Shown here: positions 51,101 through 61,089 of the stretch, piece by piece
How positions within the stretch are numbered: the stretch's first letter is position 1
Layout: each line of letters starts with the position of its first letter
DNA from: Mobula hypostoma
Lineage: Eukaryota
Reading direction: 5' to 3'
Length of the DNA stretch: 64,000 bases
Assembly (NCBI RefSeq): GCF_963921235.1
Contig: NC_086100.1
Coordinates: forward strand, 204,168,001-204,232,000
Translations under genes and position numbers: made by a program
The notes under the pieces: model-generated
What the model was told of the DNA's origin: nothing
Databases searched by the model: none
Seen by the model: the letters and a program-made list of their open reading frames with translations, nothing else

Positions 51101-51883
51101 AAAGTCCGAGTCCTGAAGCAACAGCGAATTAAAACGCCATTGTCTATTGTTTGGTATATTGGCCATAATTTTAATAGAAAGCTTAAGTGGAGCATGATCC
51201 GAAATGGTTATAGAATCATAATCACATTTAATCACTGAAGGAATGAGACGAGAATCAATGAAAAAATAATCAATTCTTGAATAGGAATGATGAACATGTG
51301 AAAAGAAGGAAAAATCTTTTTCCTGAGGATGCAGAAAACGCCAAATGTCCGTCGACCCAGAATCAGAAAGGAAAAAGTTAATCAAATTTGCAGATTTATT
51401 AGGTAAAGTCCGTAAAGGAGCCGAACGGTCCAAAGCTGGAGATAAACAGGTATTAAGATCTCCGCCCCAAATCAATGAAAACTCGTTCAAATTCGGAAAC
51501 TGATCAAACAATGATTTATAAAATTCCGGACAATCCATATTAGGAGCATAAACATTAACCAAAACTACTTTTTTATTAAATAGTAAACCACTAACCAGTA
51601 AAAATCTACCATTCGGATCAGAGATAATATCCTGTTGTATAAAAGTAACTGAGGAGTCTATAAAAATAGAGACGCCTCGAATCTTAGCATTGGAGTTCGA
51701 ATGAAATTGTTGTCCCTTCCAGAATTTGAAAAAACGTAGTCTGTCCCCCCTCCGTACATGGGTCTCTTGTAAAAATAAAATTTGTGCTTTAAGTCTCCGG
51801 AACACTTTAAAAACTTTTTTCCTTTTAATAGGATGATTAAGACCATTAGTATTCCAGGAGACAAAATTAATAATAGACTCCAT
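48107..51883 (-). CDS. L1 ORF2p (APE endonuclease, RT, C-terminal Cys/His domain), 1258 aa
   Basis: SWNTNGLN, LQETH, YSRIDY, SDH; RQGCPLSP, YADD; CDRC..HMFWSC. ATG taken at 51883. Confidence 0.95.
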   Translation of the reverse strand: MESIINFVSWNTNGLNHPIKRKKVFKVFRRLKAQILFLQETHVRRGDRLRFFKFWKGQQFHSNSNAKIRGVSIFIDSSVTFIQQDIISDPNGRFLLVSGLLFNKKVVLVNVYAPNMDCPEFYKSLFDQFPNLNEFSLIWGGDLNTCLSPALDRSAPLRTLPNKSANLINFFLSDSGSTDIWRFLHPQEKDFSFFSHVHHSYSRIDYFFIDSRLIPSVIKCDYDSITISDHAPLKLSIKIMANIPNNRQWRFNSLLLQDSDFVNFMNEQIELFFTINHTEDISVNTLWDTFKAYIRGQIISYSVALRKKQKQEEMAIVDKIKEIDKKYVMAPSEELYKQRTELQMEHSLLLSSSIVNQLKKTRSDFYVHSDKIGKLLANQLKSNYVKSQINQIYNQNDRLILDHVGINQTFCDFYSSLYQSESPRDSKYMNDFLDKLDFPQISQDMSSLLDTSITMDEIKNVIFSMNLGKAPGPDGFTVEFYKCFASLLIPWLYKVFEASLKLGKLPESFNRASISLILKKDKDPAQCASYRPISLLNVDSKVFSKLLANRLEKVLPSIISEDQTGFIKGRYSFYNIRTLLNIVYTPSQNVPECVISLDAEKAFDRVEWPYLFKVLEMFNFSLKFISWIKLLYHSPVASVRTNSLNSPFFPLFRGTRQGCPLSPLLFDIALEPLAIAIRESSNITGITRGLKSHKLSLYADDLLLYISNPERSIPAVLELLAQFGLFSGYKLNLSKSELFPINKHLPLYYKFPFKLINNYFSYLGIKITCKHKDLFKTNFLPLIDHITQLSSKWFPLYLTLIGRINAVKMFFLPKFLYVFQALPIFVPKSFFDKVDSKISSFIWQNKNPRLGKIHLQKAKRDGGLALPNFRFYYWAINIRHMKFWLLDRDILSIPKWVALELQSVQGYTLGSILGSSLPFDSKRLKQVSNPIVKYALRIWFQFRKFFDLNQFGLAIPILGNIFFPPSFTDRAFQTWKTKGILRFLDLFLDGSLMSFEQLSNKYNLSRIHFFRYLQVRNFLSTILSSFPMLPPIYILDSIINLNPCQKGASAMIYNIIMKLRKAPFDKIRVDWEQELGLTISVDDWGQILQLVNTSSICAKHSLIQFKVVHRAHMSKDKLARFYSHINPFCDRCSGQIASLTHMFWSCPTLETFWRDIFNIISKVLNIDISPHPITAIFGLPKISSNLSPSARRMIAFLTLMAKRCILQHWKELNAPTTFFWFSQTILCLNLEKIRSNLYDSSFKFEQIWGPFIRYFHLM

Positions 51884-52605
51884 AAATCCTAAAGTCAACC
51901 CATAACAAGGAGGATTGACAATAGGCGCGACCCACAAACCCGGAGAGGAAACAGAACATACAAAAGATACCGGGGAAAAGGACGCAACCAATACTTCAAT
52001 AATGTATATAGCCCAAAGAGAAACAAACTAAAACGTGAAGCCCCTCCCACCACCCCCCACCCCAAGACCCCAAGGCGAAATCTAAAGCAGACCCGCCAGA
52101 AAGAAGCAAGCGCTAAAACTACCCCCATGACTTCCGGTATACGCTCCCTAAAAAAAAGGTATAAATATGAAAAGGGTCAGCTAATTGTAAAACAGTAAAA
52201 AAATAAGTAAAAGAAAGTTAGCTCAATTAAAATACACACAGAACAGAACAAAAGCCGGAAAGTATATATTAAAAAAAACCACAATAAACCTCAAACTCAT
52301 GAATAGACACAGCAACAAAAAAAAAATAGGATTATTAACATAAAATGATTATAAAAAGCAAAACAGAATAAAATTTAAAAAAAACTACAAAATTTAAGGC
52401 CGCACAGGAAATACGTAAGATGACAAAAGGGAAGTAACCACTCAGAATCCCCTGGGAAAAGAAAGAAATGACGCAGTTAAAAAGAAAGTTTAGCAGCCAT
52501 ATTAAGAAATCGAAAGTAAACTTTTCTGCCCAAATAGGGCACAGAAAAGTTAAAACCAACCAATTCACAGCCTCCGATCAACGGAGAAAATTTAAAAAAA
52601 GGCAA

Positions 52606-53505
52606 TTAAGATGTTGAAGATGAAAGTTGATCCAGATAACTCTGGGCATCCGATGGAGAATCAAAAAAACGAAGGGCTCCATCTAACATGCGAATCCTTA
52701 GACGTGCAGGGTACAGCAGCGCTGGTCTTAAATCCATCTTATAGAATTCCGACATCACGGATCTGTAACGGACCCGTTGGTCCCAGATTGGTTTACTGAA
52801 ATCTTCCACGAATCGGAACTTAAGATCCGAAAAATCAATGAAACCTTTAGATCGAGCGAATCGAAACAGTCTCTCCTTGTCTTGAAAGTAATGAAAACGT
52901 AAGATAACATGCCTCGGTCTATCTGACCTAGACGAGTATGATGGGATTCTGTGAACACGATCCAGTAGCGGTGGTTGGTCAGGAAATACAGTAGGGAATG
53001 CATCTTTTAAAAGTTGGGAGAAATATTTCATAGGGTTGTTAGCTTCCACGGCTTCCCTGACGCCAATCATTCGTAAATTCTGCCGTCGCATTCTAGATTC
53101 CAAGTCAGAGTTTTTAAAAGTCAAAAAGTCAAGTTTCTTCTTCATTACATTAATTGTTTCTTCGACTTTCCCCATCTTAAGCTCACTTTGTTGCGCGGAT
53201 TTTTGAAGATCAGATATAGCCGACTGATGTTCCGCAATACATGTTTGCATCTTATCAATTAAATCGGCAATTTTCTGGAACTTAGTTGAGATTTCCGTAT
53301 GAATCAGGTCTTTAACAAAGCCCATAATTTCTGTACGAATCATCTCCCTAACAGAGGTTGAAATTTCCCTCTGAATTAACTCCGATATCGCTTTCAAAGT
53401 CACCGGTGATTCAGTCGGAGGGAGATCCGTAGCTTTCGGTTTAACCGGAGGTTTACCATCCTTGCCGTCTTTCCCGTTCTTAGACATAGCCGATCTCAGT
53501 ATCAT
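52606..53505 (-). CDS. L1 ORF1p (coiled coil + RRM + CTD)
   Basis: DLESRMRRQNLRMIGVRE, DRVHR, RPRHVILRF, LLYPARLRI; the true start may be Met7 (53487). Confidence 0.93.
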   Translation of the reverse strand: MILRSAMSKNGKDGKDGKPPVKPKATDLPPTESPVTLKAISELIQREISTSVREMIRTEIMGFVKDLIHTEISTKFQKIADLIDKMQTCIAEHQSAISDLQKSAQQSELKMGKVEETINVMKKKLDFLTFKNSDLESRMRRQNLRMIGVREAVEANNPMKYFSQLLKDAFPTVFPDQPPLLDRVHRIPSYSSRSDRPRHVILRFHYFQDKERLFRFARSKGFIDFSDLKFRFVEDFSKPIWDQRVRYRSVMSEFYKMDLRPALLYPARLRIRMLDGALRFFDSPSDAQSYLDQLSSSTS

Positions 53506-53763
53506 CCAATTGTCAGAGAATTCAGTTTAATTCAAAGTATTGTAAAAATTGATGCCTTAATAGTTAATTAAAGTATAGCTGACCATAGAGAGAAAAAACT
53601 CAGAGGTAATGGAGCGAGTCAAGAACGCGACTTCACTCCATGAGCGCTACCGGAAGTCCGCGTAGTTACTAATAAAATAGAATTAGTTAACAGCAAAAAC
53701 AGATTCCAGGTGTGTTCCATTTCTGCTGGTTCTTAAACCCGTTATGGGGTATGTAACAAAATT

Positions 53764-53833
53764 TGGCTCCCCGGCGGGGAATTGAACCCTGGTCTCCCGC
53801 ATGACAGGCAGGGATACTAACCACTATACTACC
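53764..53833 (-). pseudogene. tRNA-Asp(GTC) retro-copy with encoded CCA, lacking the first 5 nt
   Basis: Minus strand GGTAGTATAGTGGTTAGTATCCCTGCCTGTCATGCGGGAGACCAGGGTTCAATTCCCCGCCGGGGAG-CCA. Confidence 0.9.
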
Positions 53834-56699
53834 ATCGCCTCTGTCTTTCTGCTTCTTCAGCTTCGAGCTGATTCCAACAACTTCCCAATCACTGATGCCA
53901 GGCTAATAGGACTATAGCTTCCTTTCTTCTGCCTCCCACCCTTCTTAAATTGCAGATGACATTTGCAATTTACCAGTCATCTGGTACAATGCCACAATCT
54001 GTCAATTCTTGAAAGATCATTGTTAATGCCTCAGCAATCTCTCCACTTACTTCCTTCAGAATCCGAGGGTGCATTATATCAGGTCCAGGAAATTTATCTG
54101 CACTCAGACCATTAAGCTTCCTGAGCACCTTTTTAGTTGTAATTTTCACTGCACAAACTTCATTTCGCTGACACTCTTGAATATCTGATATACTGCAGAT
54201 GAATTCCACTGTGAAGACTGATGCAAACTACTCGTTCAGTTCCACTGCCATCTCTGCATCTCTCATTACAATACCTCCAGCGTTATTTTGTATTGGTCCT
54301 ATATCTGCACTTGACTCTCTTTTACCCTTTATATACTTAAAACAAGTCATCAGCTTCCTCTCATAATTCATCTTTTCCTTCAGAGTGACCTTCCTAGATT
54401 TCTTCTGCAAGTTTTTAAAAGTTCCCCAATCCTCTATCTTCCCACTAGCTGTGGCTTCCTTGTATGCCCTCTCTTTTGCTGTTACTTCGGCTCTGACTTC
54501 ACTTGTCAGCCATGGTAGTGTCCTTCTTCCCTTTGAAAATGTCTTCTTATTTGGAAAAATATCTGTCTTGCACTTCTCTCATTTTTCACAGAAACTCCAG
54601 CCGTTGCTGCACTGTTGACCTTCCTGCAAATTTCCCTTTCCAGTCAACTTCTGCCAGTTCCCCTCTTATACCATTGTAGTTTCCTTTATTCCACTGAAAT
54701 ACTGACACATTGGATTTTACTTTTCCCTCTCAGCTTTCAATGTGAACTTGATCATATTGTGATCAGTGTTCCCTAAGCGTTCCTTAACCTTAAGCTCTCT
54801 TATCACCTCCGCATCATTGCACAACACCCAATCCAGCACAGCCGATCTCCAAGTGGCCTCAACAACAGGCTATTCTAAAAAGCCATCCTTTAGACATTCA
54901 ACAAATTCTCTCTCTCAGGTCCAGTACTGACCTGGTTTTCCCAAATCCACTTTTTGTTAAAATCCCCAACGATTATCATGACATTGCCTTTCTGACACGC
55001 CTTTTCTATCTCTTGCTAAATTTGCAATCCACATCCCGGCCGCTGTTTGTAGGCCTGTATACAACTGTCATTCGGGTCGTTTTATCCTTGCCGTTTCCTA
55101 ATTCAACCTATGGAGACTCTACTCCTTCCAATCCTATGTCATCTCTTTCCAATCATTTAATATTATTTCTTGTACACAGGGCCACACCACTTCATTTGCC
55201 TACTAACCTATCTTACTGATACACCTTATATCCTTGGACGTTCAGCTCCCAATGACAGCCATTCTTTAGCTAAGTTTCACAAATGGCCACAATGTCATAT
55301 TTGCCAAACTGTAGCTGAATTTCAAGATCATCTGTTTTATTCCTTATGCTGTGTGCATTCAAATACAACACTCTCAGTCCAGTATTTGTTGCTTTTTGTT
55401 TTAATTGTACCACGACTCTATTGCCCTGTAACTCATGCCACTGGCTTTGATTAAGCTTTATCTCCTGCCTGTTCTTTCTATGATCTCTGTTGCAAGCTTT
55501 CTTTGATTTATTTCTGTTTTCCCCTTTCTCAGCCCAATCACTCTGGTTCCTATCCCCGTGCCAAATTCGTTTAAATTCTCACTAACAGCTTTATTAAATG
55601 TTCCCACTAGGATATTGGACACCTTTGGGTTCAGATGTAACCCGTCCTTTATGTATCGGTTGTACCTCCCCCGGAAGAGGCCCCAATGATCCAGGAATCT
55701 GAACCCCCACCCCCTACCCAGTCTCTCAGCCACACATTAATACACATGATCATATCTATTCCTTCATTGCTAGCACGTGGCGCAGGCAGCAATCCTGAGA
55801 TTACTAGCCCAGAGGTCTACAGGGGTCTGTGTTGGCAACGTTTCTGTTTACGTTCTATGTCATTGCATCAGATGACAGTATTGATGGCCCTGTGGCCAAA
55901 TTTATGCACGTAGTTGACTATTGAAAGACCTGGATAGAAAGGTCGTGGAGGGCTATGGGATCTGGTTATCACAATGCCATAAATACAACTTAAATATGCG
56001 AACGATAGGCTTGCTGCACAGCTTGAGATTCTAAATTGGAGAAGGGCGCTTTATTAACAAAATCCTCACAGCCCACAGTGACTGTGCACTGATCCCAGCA
56101 ACGGAACTCACCACTGCAGCCCCACAGTGCACTATGTACTGATTGGAAAGCTACGAAATCGCATGTGAATAGCCTCCCCTCTCCCATCTCCACTGTTCCT
56201 GCGTCACCAGCAGACTGGGACATCTCACATCTCGCTGCCTCCGCCAGGCCATTAAACTGTGAACAACTGTGGTCAGAGACTGATCTCTGGGTTACTCCAA
56301 ACGCTACCTCCTTCCAGTCTGAAACAACCCGCTCATTCAGCCACACACTACCGGCAGTTTATCGATCTCCAACCAAAATGTCTAATAACCTACTCCTGAT
56401 GTTCAATACTATTTTTGACTCTGAGTTTACCACCGTCAAATGCCAGGAGGGACATAATAATCAGAAAGTCTCTAGTCGCAGCCGTGCAAATAAAATGTGA
56501 TCTTAGTGGGTGTGTGGCGCATGTTCAGAATGCAAAGGAGACAGACAAACAAACTGAGCCAAGTCACAGACTGATGAAGGGGAGGAAGGATCCATTTTGA
56601 TACAGAGAGGGAAGCAGAGAGTTTGATATTGTGCCTGATGCCGGAAGTTTAGCCAGTTAGAAGATGAAGTCTTGTTGCTCCAAATTGTTTTGAGCTGTG

Positions 56700-57270
56700 A
56701 CAGTGTTTTTATCAGAAGGCACCATGGAGACTAAATTATCTGAGTTGAAATGTTGTCCTTCACCCACTGGCGTGCTTTGTAAACTTTTAACAGTGTAACA
56801 AAGTCAAAAGATTTGTGTATGGGAATCACAAACACAACAGCACGTTAGTTCCGCTGTATCTGTCAGTTCACCAGTGCTTGAATGCCGCCGATCCTTGAAT
56901 GTGGAGGCGGGGATGCTGGAGAAGACAGCGCCCCACTCGCTACAAGGAGAGCCCAATCACGTGTCCATGTCTGTGATCTGACTGGATACATTGCCGTGTT
57001 GTTGATAGCAGTGAGATGTCATTCACCGGCTCTCATTTTGGAAGGGATTCAGTCGGCCAGCGCAGATACACTAACAGCTTCGCACTGGGGAGCGGCTATT
57101 CACCTGCTCTGTGTGTGTGAACAGACTCATTCAGTTAACCCACCTTGTGATGCTTCGGTGTTCACAATAAATAGAGACCACATTTCTGTCCAGAGTGAGC
57201 AAAGAGTTTTACTCAATCATTCCATCTGCTGCTTCACATCGGGGAGGAAGTTCAAATCAGCTCTGTGTTA
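56700..57270 (+). pseudogene. Decayed C2H2 zinc-finger exon remnant
   Basis: 56735-56865 resembles the acceptor region at 62950-63080 (GAAATGTTGTCC..CACCCACTG..TTTGTAAA); finger-like CTATTCACCTGCTCTGTGTGT near 57096. Confidence 0.5.
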
Positions 57271-57682
57271 AATGCTTAACGATCACGGTGACTGAAGGCA
57301 GCTGCAGGTTCTTGAGGGAAAGTTACTGTCAGAATTTGCAGTTCTTGCGGCTGCTCATCGCACCCAGGACTGAACCCTAGTCACTGAGCATTGAGGAGTC
57401 CATTCTGCTGTTGTTAGCCTTAAACTACACTGGTGTTTAATATTGTGGAGCTGTGAAAGATAAATCAATTCTCTATCTAATCCCGTGTCTCAGGTACTTA
57501 CTGTCTCTACCATACTCAATGTACACTAGAGAGGCCACTCGGCCCATCTTGTCCCTGCCCATGTTTCTGTTCCATATCAGTATATCAAAATTTATCCCTC
57601 CTGTTCCCCTCTCACTCTCCCTGTGATGACAGGTTGCAACTAGTCACCACCCCGTCGGAGAAGAGATTTCCCTTGAATTTCA

Positions 57683-58040
57683 TAGAATTACAGAAATCTA
57701 CAGCACATTACAGACCCTTTGGCCCACAATGTTGTGCCAACCATGTAACTTACTCTAGAATTGCTGAGAATTACCCTACCACATAGCCCTCTATTTTCCT
57801 AAGCTCCATGTACCTGTCTAAGAGTCTCTTAAAAGACCCTATTGTATCTGCCTCTACCACCATCACTGGCAGTGCATTTCAAACACACACCACTCTTTGT
57901 TGAAAAAAAACTTCTCTCTGACATCTCCACTGTACCTACTTCCAAGCAACTTAAACCTATGCCCCCCTTGTGTTAGCCATTTCAGCCCTGGGAAAAAGCC
58001 TCTGGCTATCCACACGACCAATGCCTCTCACCATCTTGTA
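57683..58040 (-). mobile_element. CR1 3' end fragment
   Basis: Reverse CR1 tail and C-terminal coding remnant. Confidence 0.75.
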
Positions 58041-58222
58041 TGTCTGCATGAATTTCCTGCATGATTTTCTCCAGGCCGAATAAGACGATGAGCTCACTAT
58101 GGTTTTGATGTTCTTCAGGGCTCCAGACGAAGGTGGTTAACTCCTTCCCTGCTCTTTTCAACATTTTAGGTCATTTTCAACAATTTCAAAGGACTATGCC
58201 TCAGACAGCTGGGTTGTTGCAA

Positions 58223-58429
58223 GTACGAGGAAATCTGCAGATGCTGGAATTTCAAGCAACACACATAAAAGTTGCTGGTGAACGCAGCAGGCCAGGCAGC
58301 ATCTCTAGGAAGAGGCACAGTCGACCTTTCCGGCTGAGTCTTGACAAAGGGACTCCACCCGAAATGTCGACTGTACCTCTTCCTAGAGATGCCGCCTGGC
58401 CTGCTGCATTCACCAGCAACTTTTGTGTG
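58223..58429. mobile_element. 207-bp Penelope-tail palindromic element with a decayed hammerhead in the loop
   Basis: Inverted arms around AGTCTTGACAAAGGGACTCCACCCGAAATGTCGACT; 13-bp TSD TGGGTTGTTGCAA (58210-58222, 58430-58442). Confidence 0.9.
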
Positions 58430-59084
58430 TGGGTTGTTGCAATGCACCTCTAAAGTCTGACAGCAGACTAGTTGAGTTAATCTTCGATGAAGCAGAGTCA
58501 GAAACCAGAGTTATCAGCCTGAGTCACGGTTTTGGGGGTCCAGAAAGAGATGGGGTCTAGAGTTTACAAGGAGCAGGAAGAGGAATCAGACCAGCAGGAT
58601 GTGGCTACAAATGAAAGGTCAGAAACATCTTGAAACTGATTGATCGCAAAAAAAGGTGGTAAATATCTGCAAAACACTAGTGGAAATCAACAGATCAGGG
58701 AGCAAATGTGGAGAGGAATAAATAGACAACGTTTAGGCAGAGCACCTTCAGAATGCCTAAACTGTGTACTCCTCTGCTTAGCTGCTGCCTGAGCTGCAGA
58801 ATTCCTCCAGAATTTTGTGTGTATGTGTCTACATTTCCAGCAACAGCAAAATCTCTTGTGTTTTATATCTGCATTTGTGTTCTACTTTGGCATTAGACAA
58901 GCGGAAAGTTTGCTGATATTAAGTGCATTGCTTATGGGAGCTGGTTTCTGCGTTAAAACAGCTGCTGAGGTTTCTACACAAAAAAAAAACAAGAGGTACG
59001 GACATGGAACCGCTGCTTGCAGAAACTTTTAATGGCACAGTGATTACCCTTAAAGCTCTGCAAAACGACTTTCGCCGTCGCTGA

Positions 59085-59184
59085 GGCAGCGATGGAATGC
59101 GCAGGCGTCAGGATTGCGGGTGTTCTCGAATATCGCGCATGCGCGCAGCGCACAAAAGCCCTCAAGAAATCGCGACCAGGTAAG
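59085..59184 (+). promoter_or_regulatory. Putative promoter/first exon of the zinc-finger gene
   Basis: CpG-rich; NRF1-type GCGCATGCGC (59135-59144); strong donor CAG|GTAAGC at 59179/59180. Confidence 0.55.
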
Positions 59185-59382
59185 CAATAGGAATTCTGCA
59201 AATGCTGGAAATTCAAGCAACACACATCAAAGTTGCTGGTGAACGCAGCAGGCCAGGCAGCATCTCTAGGAAGAAGTGCAGTCGACATTTCGGGTGGAGT
59301 CCCTTTGTCAGGACTCAGCCGGAAACGTCGACTGTGCCTCTTCCTAGAGATGCTGCCTGTCACCAGCAACTTTGATGTGCGT
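59185..59382 (-). mobile_element. Penelope-tail palindromic element (sister of 58223-58429)
   Basis: Same diagnostic centre in the opposite orientation; no clear TSD. Confidence 0.88.
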
Positions 59383-59755
59383 GGGAGGGTTTGCGAGTGG
59401 GGATTTTCAAAACTGGCTTCGGGACAATTGCTGTGTGCTCCTGACACCGTGGCCGGAAATCCCGGGACAGTCCTGTTCTCGTCCCTCTCTCTCAGCCCTA
59501 CGATCGGTACACGGGCCCCGGGGAGATTCCGGCTGATAAGAGAATGGGAACTGATGGATCTCTCGGACGGAGCTGAGCTCCAGCTATCTAAATGCAAGGA
59601 TTTTTGGAAATCTGACTTTTTAAAGCATCATTTATCAAGGAAATCACATATGGACGGTGTGCAAAAGCTCTGGTGAGAAAATCCTTCATTACCCGCCACA
59701 GGCCTGCTACATAGGTTGTGTGAGAGAACAAATGAACTCGATCGAACCCAAAGGA

Positions 59756-59905
59756 GATAGAAACATAGAAAATAGGTGCAGGAGTAGGCCATTCGGCCCT
59801 TCGAGCCTGCACCGCCATTCAGTCTGATCATGGCTGATCATCCAACTCAGAACCCTGTACCAGCCTTCCCTCCATACCCCCTGATCCCTTTAGCCACAAG
59901 GGCCA
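59756..59905 (-). mobile_element. Young CR1 3' tail fragment
   Basis: ATAGAAACATAGAAAATAGGTGCAGGAGTAGGCC, a reverse CR1 terminus. Confidence 0.8.
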
Positions 59906-60439
59906 AAGATCAAAGTTCTTATCGACAGTGATTTGCTAGCTGTTACTAAGAATACCTCTCTGTATAAAATTCACTGTGCGCATGTTGTCACTGGGTAAAA
60001 AAATGGACAATATGTGCACACTGGAGGGGACATTGGTGGGAAGGTGGGGAGACCTCCAGTGTCCCCGATGCCCTCACCTACAAGATGTGCATCCAGCTGC
60101 AGCTTGTAACTCTGCATTTTAAGGAGTTAGAACTTGAAATGGATGAATTCCAGATAAACCAGGAGTTGGAGGGGTTGATAGATATGACATGAAGAGAGGT
60201 GAGTTACACCCAAGGCACAGGACACAAGAAACTGGGTGAGAGGAAGGATAATGAGGTTAAATAGCAATCGCAGAGTACTCTTGTGGCCGTCCCACAGAAC
60301 AACAGGTGGACCACTGTAGAAACTGTTGGAGGGGATTACCTGGCAGAGGAAAGTCAAAGGGGTGACAGGGAATTTGTTAGTTAGGGGAACAGAACAAGAT
60401 GGGACTAATACTCTAGTGGTAAGGCTTATGTTACGCCTC

Positions 60440-61065
60440 CATCTAAATGTGCAATGTGTAATTTATAGTAATTTATAATAAATTGTTTGTACATAGAACA
60501 GTCAATATAACATAGAAATCAATTAATCAGTCTGGTGGACTGGTAGAAGATCATGTCCTGGAACCTATTGGTCCTTTTGCTGTGTTACCATTTCCAGGAT
60601 GGTAGCAACAGAAACAGTTTGTGATTGCGGTGTCTCTGTAACTGTCCTGTATAGTGGGAAGTTCGCATCTACAGATGTGCTGGGCTGTCGGCACCACTCT
60701 CTGCAGGGTCCAGTGATTAAGGGAAGTACAGTTCCCATACCAGGCAGTGATGCAGCCAGTCAGGATGCTCTCAATTGTGTCTCTGTAGAAAGTTCTTAGG
60801 ATTAGGGGCCCCATCCCAAACTTCTTCAACCGCCTGAGGTGAAAGAGGTGCTGTTGTGCTTTTTTCACAACACAGCCGGCATGTACAGACCATGTGAGAT
60901 CCTTGGTGATGTTTATGCCGAGTTACTTTAAGCTGTTTACCCTCTCAACCCCAGAACCTTTGATGTCAGTAGGGGTTAGCCTGTCTCCATTTCTCCTGTC
61001 GTCCACAATCAGCTCCTTTGTTTTTGTGACAATGAGGGAGAGCTTGTTTTCTTGACACCAAATGG
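60440..61065 (-). mobile_element. Rex1/Babar 3' fragment
   Basis: KKAQQHLFHLRRLKKFG..FYRDTIESILTGCITAWYG. Confidence 0.85.
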
Positions 61066-61089
61066 TTGAGCATGGTGTGATGAATGTTC

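Larger units (their letters stand above)
47742..53659 (-). mobile_element. Full-length L1-clade LINE, both ORFs open
   Basis: 5' GGACTTCCGG, ORF1, 722-bp spacer, ORF2, AATAAA (47767-47772) and A-rich tail; 11-bp TSD GCGTAGTTACT (47731-47741, 53660-53670). Confidence 0.97.
46558..53758 (+). mobile_element. LTR (about 1075 bp after removing nested inserts)
   Basis: Termini TGTTATGTACCC...GGGGTATGTAACA (imperfect inverted, TG..CA); AATAAA at 53671-53676; followed after 5 nt by a TGG-starting tRNA complement (PBS position). Confidence 0.8.
45338..55815 (-). mobile_element. Long CR1 LINE split by the LTR/L1/tRNA insertion (pieces 45338-46557 and about 53868-55815)
   Basis: RT motifs continue across the insertion (GKLLES... 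/ HDKICQSQHGF); ORF1 esterase end at 55458-55733 (DGLHLN). Related to 11070-15362. Confidence 0.88.

Noticed and set aside
51884..51991. N-terminal extension of L1 ORF2 in the ORF track (1294 aa)
   Set aside because: It uses a non-ATG start; the endonuclease domain begins right after the ATG at 51883.
53764..53833. Functional tRNA-Asp gene
   Set aside because: The 5' acceptor-stem strand is missing, CCA is encoded, and it abuts an LTR end at the PBS position.
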